The notes under the pieces were generated by a model. The model was not told the origin of the DNA. It was given only the letters and a program-made list of their open reading frames with translations, and did not search any database. Positions 30,684 to 39,344 of a stretch of DNA of 64,000 nt are shown here, one piece after another; position 1 is the stretch's first letter, and each line of letters begins with the position of its first letter. The stretch comes from Vulcanimicrobiota bacterium (GTDB lineage Bacteria; Vulcanimicrobiota; Vulcanimicrobiia; Vulcanimicrobiales; Vulcanimicrobiaceae), in NCBI GenBank assembly GCA_963733295.1, contig CAVTCS010000003.1:288001-352000 (forward strand), written 5' to 3'. Both the position numbers and the translations under genes were made by a program.

Positions 30684-30935
30684 TTGCCCCACCGTCACCA
30701 AACGCCTTTGCGCGGCGTCAAGGCCGTGCCCCGTCCGCAGCCCGATAACCCCGACTACACTCCCGTGAACTACGCGTATGCCGGCCGCGAAGGCCACATC
30801 CACGAAGTCGTCACGATCGGTGGACGCCGCTTGGCGAAAGTCGGCTTCAACGATCGCAAGATCGTGTACTACCTGCTCGACGATCTCGAACTCGACGACA
30901 GCGCCCCGAAGGGCACCTTTCACGACTTAGCTTAG
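30684..30935 (+). CDS. Small hypothetical protein (SH3/KOW-like beta)
   Basis: Fills the gap between genes with protein-like composition; no family recognised. Confidence 0.55.
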   Translation: MPHRHQTPLRGVKAVPRPQPDNPDYTPVNYAYAGREGHIHEVVTIGGRRLAKVGFNDRKIVYYLLDDLELDDSAPKGTFHDLA

Positions 30936-31219
30936 CCGCGCGGAAGAAACCCGCGGTAGGGGCCGACCGGTACGTACGTAGCTTCGAGCATTCCGTTGGC
31001 GATCATCGGGAGCCGTTGCGTGACCAGCTTTGCCTCGTCAAGCGACGCGACTTCGAGCTGGAGGACGGCGCCGGGCACATCCTGACGGGAATAGATCGCG
31101 CGCACGTAGCCGTCGGCGTAAAGCCGGCGCGCCTCCTCGGCCTCAGGATCCAGCAGCTTCGCCATTGCGCCTTCATCGAAAGCTTCGGTACGTCGCCGCA
31201 TGAGCGCGAAAACGGTCAC
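30932..31219 (-). CDS. Muconolactone delta-isomerase-like (dimeric alpha/beta barrel) protein
   Basis: EAEEARRLYADG.VRAIY ... GAVL.LE ... LPM. Confidence 0.65.
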   Translation of the reverse strand: MTVFALMRRRTEAFDEGAMAKLLDPEAEEARRLYADGYVRAIYSRQDVPGAVLQLEVASLDEAKLVTQRLPMIANGMLEATYVPVGPYRGFLPRG

Positions 31220-31245
31220 TCTTAGCACCCTTCCCTTAAAGCTGT

Positions 31246-31458
31246 TTAAAGCGTTCGTCGCGAGTTCTTCGCTACGTTTGCGAGGAGAACGATCGAAAGT
31301 CCCGCGAAGAGCAGCGGGCCTAACCACGATCCGGGGACTGCGGTGCGCGACGCGACCGCGATCACCGCGATCCAGAACGCGATCGCCGCCGCGAACTGCC
31401 AGTCCTCGACGAAGAGTCCGAGCAGCTCCGCTCCGAACTCGCGCGCCGCTTTCATCAC
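31246..31458 (-). CDS. Small two-TM membrane protein
   Basis: GTGA coupling to the upstream gene; ELLGLFVEDW followed by two hydrophobic helices. Confidence 0.65.
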   Translation of the reverse strand: MMKAAREFGAELLGLFVEDWQFAAAIAFWIAVIAVASRTAVPGSWLGPLLFAGLSIVLLANVAKNSRRTL

Positions 31459-32192
31459 GATACAGCTTTGCGCTGCGGGATGTTGCGTCGGGCGACCACG
31501 ATCGCCGTCAGCGCAACGAGCGCGTAGCCCGCGACCAGCGCGAGCAGTGCGAAATCGCCGGAAGGCCACTCGATTCCGAGCCCCTCGCCCGTCCAAAACG
31601 TTCCGAAGGCCGAGAGCATGACGCCGACGGCGAATTTCAAACCGTTTTCCGGCACTTGCGACAGCGGCCTCCGCAGCGAAATGCCCGCGCCGGCGACGAG
31701 CGCGCCGGCTGCCGCCGCACCGAGCGCGGCGGGCACCAGCCCGCCACTCGAGGCGCCTACCGCGATCACGATAAAGACGACCTCGAGCCCTTCGAGAACG
31801 ACCGCGTTGAACGCCATCAGGATGCCGGTCCTATCGGTGGAGCTGCCCGGTGCGCCGTCACCCGCAAGCCGTCGAGTGTGAGCCGCATAGATCGCGCTCT
31901 CGTCGTGGAAGGCGATGGCCCCGCCGTAGCGCAAGACGGCCTTTCGCAACCAGCGCATCCCGAACAACAGCAGCAAAACGCCGACCGCCGACTGCAGAGC
32001 GTGCAGCGGAACGAGACGCAACGCCGGACCCAGCAAGACGACGAACAACGTCAGGAGCGCGACGCCTGCGAGCGTTCCGAGCCAAGCCGAGCGCCATCCG
32101 CGCGTGACACCGACCGCGAGAACGATGGTCAGCGCTTCGACGAATTCGACGACCGAAGCGAAGAAGGCCGGTAAGACCGCGGTGAAGATCAC
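31455..32192 (-). CDS. COG4280-type membrane protein (TMEM165/GDT1/FTR1-like fold)
   Basis: Twin acidic motifs VEFVEA and LEGLEV; WLRKAVLR; VPENGLKF; FWTGEG. Confidence 0.8.
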   Translation of the reverse strand: MIFTAVLPAFFASVVEFVEALTIVLAVGVTRGWRSAWLGTLAGVALLTLFVVLLGPALRLVPLHALQSAVGVLLLLFGMRWLRKAVLRYGGAIAFHDESAIYAAHTRRLAGDGAPGSSTDRTGILMAFNAVVLEGLEVVFIVIAVGASSGGLVPAALGAAAAGALVAGAGISLRRPLSQVPENGLKFAVGVMLSAFGTFWTGEGLGIEWPSGDFALLALVAGYALVALTAIVVARRNIPQRKAVS

Positions 32193-32210
32193 CGGCCCGA
32201 CTCGCTCACC

Positions 32211-33119
32211 TTACGACTGAACTCGGAAGTTCTGAATGAAGTCGCCGCTCGGCTCCGCCCAAACGGCCCAGACGTCTCCGGTTTTTGGATCGATGGCGAG
32301 CGTGTGCGCACCGCGGGCGGCCGGTCCTTGCGCGACGACTTCGGGCGCCGCGGCCGGCTTGTCGAGCACGACGGTAATCATGCCGCTGCCGGCGCAGGCC
32401 ATTCGATGTGACGCCGGATCGAGGCTGCATTGGTCGACGCGATCTTGGATCGGAGTCTTACCGATCAACTTACCCGTCTTGTCATACACGGCGATGAGGC
32501 CGTTCAGGCCGCCGACCAGTATGTGGCCGTAGGCAGGATCGTACTGCAGCGGATGGTTGCCTTTGATCTCAGGCGTGGCAATCGTCTTGATGACCTTGAG
32601 ACTCGAGCCGTCGACGATGACGAACTCCGAGAGGTCGGAGATGTTCTGATAGACGTCGTGCGTCTGGGGATCGACGGCGAGGAATTCGGGTTTGTGGCCG
32701 GGCAAAGCGACCGTCCCGATGCTCTTCATCGTCTTCGCGTCGACGACGAAGATACGCGTCCCATTGCCTTCGTCGGCGTAGATGTGTCCGTTCCCGGGAT
32801 CGTACGCGATCGCGTCGACGGCGCCGGCGACATCCGCTGAGCGCAGCACCGTCTTCGTCACGGGGTCGATCTCGGAAACCGTGTTCGCTTCACCGTCGCC
32901 GGTAAAGACGTGCCCGGTTGCGGGATCGACTGCGACCCCGTGCAATGGCCCCACTCTGACTTGACCTAGAACGTTGCCCGAATCCGCGTCGACGATGAGC
33001 AGAGCACGGCTTCCGGTGTGCGCGGCGTAAACGCGCCGCCGTTCGGCGTCGACGGTCACGTAGTCGAAGCCACTTGAAATCGGTACGGAATGCGGGGGAG
33101 CTACGGGAGCGAGTGGCAT
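32211..33119 (-). CDS. YncE/YVTN beta-propeller protein
   Basis: FDYVTVD, HGVAVDP, DAIAYDP and AHTLAIDP repeats. Confidence 0.82.
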   Translation of the reverse strand: MPLAPVAPPHSVPISSGFDYVTVDAERRRVYAAHTGSRALLIVDADSGNVLGQVRVGPLHGVAVDPATGHVFTGDGEANTVSEIDPVTKTVLRSADVAGAVDAIAYDPGNGHIYADEGNGTRIFVVDAKTMKSIGTVALPGHKPEFLAVDPQTHDVYQNISDLSEFVIVDGSSLKVIKTIATPEIKGNHPLQYDPAYGHILVGGLNGLIAVYDKTGKLIGKTPIQDRVDQCSLDPASHRMACAGSGMITVVLDKPAAAPEVVAQGPAARGAHTLAIDPKTGDVWAVWAEPSGDFIQNFRVQS

Positions 33120-33132
33120 AAATCACCTTGCA

Positions 33133-34500
33133 TCAGTGCAGCAGCCTGCTTCGTACGACCCGCGTGCGTGAAAGCCGGTCGTGCGGTTGTATGCGCAGCG
33201 CCATGCCGAACACGGCCGGCACGACGCAAACTGAAGAAACCATGCCGACGAGGTAACGCCACAGTGCTTGACCTACCGGGACGCGCTCGAATTTTCGGGT
33301 CACCACGCGCACCTCGGTGATCATCATCCCGAGGGTCTGACCACTCAGTGCGACGAGCAGGAAGCTGTAAAGGAAGAAGGCGAGGAAAAACTTCGGGTCG
33401 GTGACCGAAAAGTGGAGTGGCGGAATTTTCTCGAGCCAGGGAAAGGTTTTGTAAAGATCTTTGAGATCCAACATGGTCGACTGATCCATCGTCGTCCGCG
33501 AGGCGATTCCGGACTGAACGATGGCGGATACGACGAACGAATCGAGCACGACCGCCGAGAGCCGTCTCAGCGGCGTTGCGCAGTCCCGCCGGCGCACGAA
33601 CTGTCCGTGCACGGGAGGTTGCGGCAACTCGCCTTTCCGTTCGACGCGACCGATTTCTCCGCGCCAATAGTCTGCCAGGCCGGAGTTTGCAAACGTCTGG
33701 AGCGCCTTGAGGCGATTCGTCGCGAAGGGAACCGCCGAACTCCACTCGCCGAGTCGCAGCCGGCCGTCGCCTTCGAGCGCAGTTTGTTGTTCGGCCAGGG
33801 CTTCGTAGTCGATGTGGCGCCCGATGGCGTGAAACGTCGTAATCGCGATTGCGGATTTCGCATTTTCAAGCGAATCGCAAAAAAGCAACCCCACGCGGTC
33901 GGCGGTGTACTCCGTCTTGCGAAGCCACGGTCCGAAAAGAATCGAAACGAAGGGATTCTCGCGGCCCGAAGCGCTGAACAGCGACGCGATTCGAGTGTGT
34001 CCCGCCGCGATGTGAGCGAGTTCGCGAGCGATGAGGAAGCGCAATTCGGGCCGGCGTAGATGCTCGAAATACTGGCTGGAAATGACCAGGGCGTAGGGTT
34101 CTTCCGTGCCGACGGATGCGAGCGGCACGAACGGGTCGTCGCGGATGAAGACGAGGGGCACGCCGACTCCGAGATCGGCCGCGATCGCACCGACGTCGGC
34201 GAAGACCTCCGGGAACTGACGCTCGTTGATGCGGACGCTGTTCCCGAGCAAGCGGCCGCGCGCCAGCGAAACGAGAACGAGCCCCACGACGACCAGCAGC
34301 ACGACCTCGCTGACGGTGATTCCATGGAAGAAGAGGCCAACCAGCACGACCGCCAGCGGCGCTGCTGCCAGCGAGAGCAGCAACGCTATGCGCTCTCGCG
34401 GAACGCGCAAGGAACGCGGCCCGGCGAAGAGTGAGGTGGGCGCCGCAGGTGCGACTCCGGCCAACTGCACCGAGTTCAACTCTTGCGCGCCGCGGCACAA
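33133..34500 (-). CDS. M48-like peptidase domain + RDD domain membrane protein
   Basis: QFPE, ELRFLIARELAH and EYTADR (M48 with HExxH altered to RExxH); C-terminal RDD RR...LD...GQTLG...HDRL. Confidence 0.78.
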   Translation of the reverse strand: MCRGAQELNSVQLAGVAPAAPTSLFAGPRSLRVPRERIALLLSLAAAPLAVVLVGLFFHGITVSEVVLLVVVGLVLVSLARGRLLGNSVRINERQFPEVFADVGAIAADLGVGVPLVFIRDDPFVPLASVGTEEPYALVISSQYFEHLRRPELRFLIARELAHIAAGHTRIASLFSASGRENPFVSILFGPWLRKTEYTADRVGLLFCDSLENAKSAIAITTFHAIGRHIDYEALAEQQTALEGDGRLRLGEWSSAVPFATNRLKALQTFANSGLADYWRGEIGRVERKGELPQPPVHGQFVRRRDCATPLRRLSAVVLDSFVVSAIVQSGIASRTTMDQSTMLDLKDLYKTFPWLEKIPPLHFSVTDPKFFLAFFLYSFLLVALSGQTLGMMITEVRVVTRKFERVPVGQALWRYLVGMVSSVCVVPAVFGMALRIQPHDRLSRTRVVRSRLLH

Positions 34501-34533
34501 GTCCTGCCGAGTCGCCGTTGCCGGCGGCGTCTT

Positions 34534-34977
34534 TTAAGCGGCGAGCGTGGCCTTCAGGGAGATCGGAACCGCCTTAAGCGCTTTGCTCAGCGGACACGAT
34601 TCCTTTGCTTCAGTAGCGTACTTTTGGAAGTCCGCGCTTGAGATGCCGGGAACTTTGCCGGTCACCTCGAGCTCGATCGTTGTGATCGAGAAGCCCGGCC
34701 CGTCGCGGTCGAGGTGCACGAGCGCTTTCGAATCGAGGGAAGCCGGCGGATGCCCGGCTCTGCTGAGCACGGCGCTGAGCGCCATCGTGAAACAAGCCGC
34801 GTGCGAAGCCCCGAGGAGTTCCTCGGGATTCGTTCCGGGATCGCCGCTAAAGCGGGTTCCGAACGAGTAGTCGGCTTGAACCTTTCCGCTTTCGGTGGCG
34901 ATCGATCCGCGCCCGTGCGCAACGTCGCCTTCCCAGTGCACAGAAGCCGAGCGAACGATTTTTTCTGGAGGATTCAT
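34534..34977 (-). CDS. osmC: OsmC family peroxiredoxin
   Basis: GTNPEELLGASHAACFTMAL and CPLSKAL. Confidence 0.93.
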   Translation of the reverse strand: MNPPEKIVRSASVHWEGDVAHGRGSIATESGKVQADYSFGTRFSGDPGTNPEELLGASHAACFTMALSAVLSRAGHPPASLDSKALVHLDRDGPGFSITTIELEVTGKVPGISSADFQKYATEAKESCPLSKALKAVPISLKATLAA

Positions 34978-35088
34978 ACCGCCTTCGACGCGCCGCTTCG
35001 GCGGAAGGTTTCACGGGTTTCCCGCGCGCACTCGAGGCTCGCGGGAGGGCAGGCGGAGGTCGCGTTGAACGAGGCTCAAACCTCGCGC

Positions 35089-35164
35089 GCCGACGTAGCT
35101 CAGTTGGTAGAGCAGCTGTTTCGTAAATAGCAGGTCAGCGGTTCAAGTCCGCTCGTCGGCTCCA
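35089..35164 (+). tRNA. tRNA-Thr (anticodon CGT)
   Basis: 76 nt cloverleaf: acceptor GCCGACG/CGTCGGC, anticodon loop TT-CGT-AA, GGTTCAAGTCC T-arm, encoded CCA. Confidence 0.97.
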
Positions 35165-35166
35165 AC

Positions 35167-35197
35167 GGAGCCTCGTGAATCCGAGGTTCTTTTCTTT
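35167..35197 (+). terminator. Rho-independent terminator after tRNA-Thr
   Basis: GAGCCTCG-tgaatc-CGAGGTTC followed by TTTTCTTT. Confidence 0.75.
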
Positions 35198-35231
35198 GCC
35201 TCCCGCTTGCGGGGAGTCCGGTGGCCCACAT

Positions 35232-36038
35232 TTGATCGTGCACCTCATCGACGGAACGTACGAGCTGTTTCGCCACTTTTACGGCCTGCGCCGCATCGCC
35301 GATGGTAAGGAGCGGCCGTTCGGCGCCGTCGTCGGCGTGCTCAACACCGTGCTCCAGATGGCCGCCGAAGGGGCTACTCACATCGGGGTTGCCACCGATC
35401 ATATCATCGAGTCGTTTCGAAACGAGCTCTGGCAAGGATACAAGACGGGCGCGGGAATCGATCCGAAGCTTCGCGCTCAGTTCCAGCCTCTGGAAGAGGC
35501 TCTCGTTGCGATGGGCGTTACCGTCTGGCCGATGATCGAGCTCGAAGCCGACGATGCGCTCGCCTCAGCGGCCGCCCTTGCGTCGATGAATCCGCTCGTC
35601 GAGAAAGTTTGCATCTGGACACCGGATAAGGACCTCGCGCAGTGCGTTCGCGGCGAGCGTGTGGTTCAAGTCGACCGAAAGAGCAAGGCCATTCGAGATG
35701 CTGCCGGCGTGCGCGCGCGGTTCGGAGTGGATCCGCTGCAGATCCCGGACTACCTCGCGCTCGTCGGCGATAGCGCCGACGGCTACCCCGGCATTGCCCG
35801 CATCGGACCAAAAGGCGCGGTCGCGCTCCTCACGCGCTATGGCAGTATCGAGGATTTCCCATCAGAGGTATTGGGCGAACGTCAAGCTCTTGCGCTGTTA
35901 TTCAAAACGCTAGCAACGCTCCGGACCGATGCGCCCCTCTTCACGGATGTGGGCGAGCTGGAGTGGCGCGGGCCAACCGCAGAATTTGACGGCTATTGCA
36001 AGAGGCTCAAGCGCGCCCGACCTTGTCGAGCGCGCTGA
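35232..36038 (+). CDS. Stand-alone 5'-3' exonuclease / flap endonuclease
   Basis: HLIDG..ELFR, SFRNEL..GYK, EADD, DKDL, LVGDSADGYPGI..IGPK (H3TH). The 3' end may be frameshifted. Confidence 0.88.
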   Translation: MIVHLIDGTYELFRHFYGLRRIADGKERPFGAVVGVLNTVLQMAAEGATHIGVATDHIIESFRNELWQGYKTGAGIDPKLRAQFQPLEEALVAMGVTVWPMIELEADDALASAAALASMNPLVEKVCIWTPDKDLAQCVRGERVVQVDRKSKAIRDAAGVRARFGVDPLQIPDYLALVGDSADGYPGIARIGPKGAVALLTRYGSIEDFPSEVLGERQALALLFKTLATLRTDAPLFTDVGELEWRGPTAEFDGYCKRLKRARPCRAR

Positions 36039-36106
36039 AAAAGCGCTATTGCTGCGCTCACGACGGTGAGAGCGCGAAAACCCTTTCGTAAAGGCAAAGC
36101 GCCGCG

Positions 36107-36850
36107 TTAGGTCCAGCGGAAGGTTCGCGCGCTAACGAACGTTCCGGCGATCGTCCAAGCCACCAGCGCGAGAATCCATCCGCCGTATTCGGTCAGGGAA
36201 GCGCCCGCCGTCGAGACGGCGCGAAAAATCTCGATGAACTGCGTCGACGGCAGGAGCCGCAACAGGTCCGGGGTCGGGTGCGGAAAGCGATCGATCGGGA
36301 TGTAGGCGTCCGAAAGAAAAGCGAGCGGTACCGTCAGAATCGAAGCGATGTTGTTCGCGCTTTCCGTGGTCCGGGCGAGCGCGCCGATGATCGTCCCGAG
36401 TGAAATGAACGTCGCGGTACCGAGCAGCAAGATCAGCAAGATCTCGAGTGGGTTTCCGTTAATCTTGACATGGAACACGACTGCCCCGACGGCTACCAGA
36501 ATAACCGCTTGAGCGGCGAGCAGAGTCATCCGGTACGCGACGAGTGACGCGAAGAACAACCAAGATGGAAGCGGCGTGAGATAGACGCGCCTCAGGAGAT
36601 GCTTTTCGCGGAACGTAGCGAGCATGACGCCTACGCCCCAAAAGCCCGAACTCAATACTTGCGCGCCGATGATGCCGGGAACGAGAAACGTCGATGTTCG
36701 CGTCGACGGTCCACTCGAGAACGCAAACGAGAACAGTACGAGGAAGAAGACGGGCATCGCCAGCGTCCAGAAGATCATCTCGCCGTCGCGACGGAAGTAC
36801 CACGTAAAGTTCATGCGCGTCTGCGTTACGAACATGCGCACGAGGTTCAT
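36107..36850 (-). CDS. ABC-2 type transporter permease
   Basis: IFWTLAMP, FLVPGI, REKHLLRR...TP; six TM segments. Confidence 0.88.
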   Translation of the reverse strand: MNLVRMFVTQTRMNFTWYFRRDGEMIFWTLAMPVFFLVLFSFAFSSGPSTRTSTFLVPGIIGAQVLSSGFWGVGVMLATFREKHLLRRVYLTPLPSWLFFASLVAYRMTLLAAQAVILVAVGAVVFHVKINGNPLEILLILLLGTATFISLGTIIGALARTTESANNIASILTVPLAFLSDAYIPIDRFPHPTPDLLRLLPSTQFIEIFRAVSTAGASLTEYGGWILALVAWTIAGTFVSARTFRWT

Positions 36851-37773
36851 TGCCCTTCTCCAATTCGCTCGCCGGTCAAGGCGATGAACGCGTCTTCCAA
36901 ATCCGGTCGATGCATGTCGAGTGAGGTGATGGCTGCCCGTGTTGCGTTCGCTTTGGTCACGACTGCCGCGAGCGCCAGACCAGGCTCTTGGCCGGTCACG
37001 AGCTGCCACTCACCGCTACTTTCGACCCACGTCCCAAGCGTCCGTAATTCCGCGTCCGGCTCGAAACCGTCGGCCCGAACGCAAACGCGCGCGGCACCTC
37101 CAAAGCGCGCGACGAGGTTTGTGGGCGTGTCTTCGGCGACGATCTTGCCTCGCTGCATGACGCAGACCGTATCGCAGAGCCGTTCGGCTTCCTCGATGTA
37201 ATGCGTGGTCAGCACGATCGTCTTTTTCGCTTCGCGCAGCTTCTCGACTTCTGCCCACAAGATGCGCCTTCCGAAGGCGTCCATTCCGGCCGTCGGTTCA
37301 TCGAGGAATACAACGTCCGGATCGTGTTGTAACGCAAGGGCCAACGCCAGGCGCTGCTGCTCGCCACCCGACATCTGAGCGATTTGCCTATCGAGCTTCC
37401 CCTCGAGACCGACGCGCTCGGCCATCTCCGCGGGGCGCGGCGCAATCGAATAGTATGTAGCGTACAAGGTCAGTACTTCGCCGGCAGTCGCCTTCTCCGG
37501 CAGCGACGTTGATTGCAATTGGACGCCGAAGAGGCGCTTGAGTTTGGCAAAGTCGCGAGCGTTTGCCGGGTCGAGACCGGCGATGCGGATGGAGCCGGCG
37601 TTGGGCTTGTTTAGCCCGATGCAGCATTCGAGCGTCGTCGTCTTGCCCGCCCCGTTGCGCCCGAGTAGCCCGAAGATCGTGCCCCCAGGCACGCGGAAGC
37701 TGATCCCGTCGACCGCATGCACGTCGCCGTAGTATTTAGCTAGATCCTCGACCACGATCGCGTCGGCAGGCAC
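36847..37773 (-). CDS. ABC transporter ATP-binding protein
   Basis: GRNGAGKTT, MSGGEQQR, FLDEPT and TTH. Confidence 0.92.
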   Translation of the reverse strand: MPADAIVVEDLAKYYGDVHAVDGISFRVPGGTIFGLLGRNGAGKTTTLECCIGLNKPNAGSIRIAGLDPANARDFAKLKRLFGVQLQSTSLPEKATAGEVLTLYATYYSIAPRPAEMAERVGLEGKLDRQIAQMSGGEQQRLALALALQHDPDVVFLDEPTAGMDAFGRRILWAEVEKLREAKKTIVLTTHYIEEAERLCDTVCVMQRGKIVAEDTPTNLVARFGGAARVCVRADGFEPDAELRTLGTWVESSGEWQLVTGQEPGLALAAVVTKANATRAAITSLDMHRPDLEDAFIALTGERIGEGQ

Positions 37774-37858
37774 GTGACTGTATACCGCACGGAACCTCAA
37801 GAGTTTGCGCCGGCGGCCGTCGCGGACGCCGCTTAGCGTCCGTGGGTTTCTTTACGCG

Positions 37859-38428
37859 TTAGGAGGATTGCAGTTTTTGGGATATCGCTCCAGCGGTCCC
37901 GTGCAGCCGGTTGAGCCTGATGCTCAGGCCGATCTGCAGTATTCCGAAGAGGATCGCGTAGAACGCAATGATCCAGATGACCGCGAGCGCCCCGGAACCC
38001 GGATCGCGCAGGATCAAAATGCCGAAGACGATCGAGGCGATGCCGCCGAGCACGTAGAGCCACTCGTTCTGCAGCACGTCGCGCATTTGAATGCCCCCGA
38101 CGATCTCGAGGATCCCCGTGATGATCGCCCAGAACGCAATCGCGTAGACCAGCGCGACGGCGCTCATGAACGGCTGCGTCAAAACGAAGCCGGCCACGAT
38201 CAGACCGACGAGACCTTCGACGACCAGCACCCACCAGCGGGATCCGCTGCCGCCGCTGAACGCGGCTCCGAGCGCGAAAACGCCGTCGACGAAAGCGTAC
38301 GCACCGAAAAGAATCGTCAGTGCACCGAGCGCGATGCCTGGCCACATCACTGCGAGGACGCCGAACAAGATAGCGGCGATTCCGCGAATGAGAAAGACCC
38401 ACCACCGACTTGCGAGACTTGCTAACAT
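37859..38428 (-). CDS. HdeD/DUF308 family membrane protein
   Basis: WWVFLIRG...FG...WP; repeated DUF308 units; GGAGG SD. Confidence 0.88.
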   Translation of the reverse strand: MLASLASRWWVFLIRGIAAILFGVLAVMWPGIALGALTILFGAYAFVDGVFALGAAFSGGSGSRWWVLVVEGLVGLIVAGFVLTQPFMSAVALVYAIAFWAIITGILEIVGGIQMRDVLQNEWLYVLGGIASIVFGILILRDPGSGALAVIWIIAFYAILFGILQIGLSIRLNRLHGTAGAISQKLQSS

Positions 38429-38674
38429 AGAACGCCTCCCTTTCCAGCACAACCAAGCATACCTCACTCGGCGTTGCCCAGCCAGCCGAAAAACTCGCAA
38501 TGACTGCCGGGCCAGCGTTGCAGCCAGGGTTGTTCGCAACTTCGTGCACGAGATGTAGGGCAAAAGTCCCATATCGGCGAGCAAAGACTTGCCCGGCGGC
38601 AGAGTGAACAAGCCGGCCTCTCCGGAGCCGCAATCCGCCTCGCCACGCGGCGAGTCAGTTTCGCGGAAGTCAGT

Positions 38675-39099
38675 TCACTTAAACGTGACGGGAACGTCGA
38701 CCGAGACGGACGCTCCGGTGGCAGTTGTCGCGGTGAAGTGAAGCTTGATGTGTTTTACAATCAGATCGGCGCCGGCGTGGGGCAGCCTCGCTTCGCTCGT
38801 AAAGACGCCGGTGCGATCTGCGTCAGAGGGCCGGATTTGCTGCCGTTGCCCGTCGTGACTTTAATGACGTCGGGGGTGGTAGTGACGCGAATGTCGATCG
38901 GGCCGCCGCCGTGCAGATTATTGGAGTTCAATTCCACTTCGAGGATGCCGGGCGTTCCGGTCTGCGGTGCCGGCGTAAACGTGTACCCGTACACCGGCGT
39001 CGGGGCCGCAGGCGCGGGTGAGGTTTGGGCGACGGCCGTCGAGGCTAGCCCCGCAAACACGAGAAGCAGAAGAGCGCACAGACGGCACGCACTTGACAT
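38675..39099 (-). CDS. Secreted Ig-like hypothetical protein with one apparent frameshift near 38810
   Basis: Signal peptide; ...LTQIAP(G) continues in another frame as VFTSEARLPH...LHFTATTATGASVSVDVPVTFK*. Confidence 0.55.
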
Positions 39100-39344
39100 G
39101 GCCGTTTCTTCAGCGACGTCACGAATTTTCCCCTCGCGGGCGTCTCTACCGCTAACTAAGAATTAAGACGAGCCGCAAACGCTGCTCGTATCCGACAGCG
39201 GCGGCGTCCCGAGACGTTTCGCCGTCCGCCGGCGAACGCGCACGTCGCGCGATCGACCACGCTTGTACCGCGACGCGTCACAATGCGCGCGTTCGATCGC
39301 TCGCCGCGAGGTGCCGCCGCCGGAGCGGCCCAAACTGTGGGTCC

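Noticed and set aside
38555..38600. Imperfect inverted repeat GGGCAAAAGTC...GACTTGCCC upstream of the HdeD-like gene
   Set aside because: No match to a riboswitch I recognise; a single hairpin is insufficient evidence.
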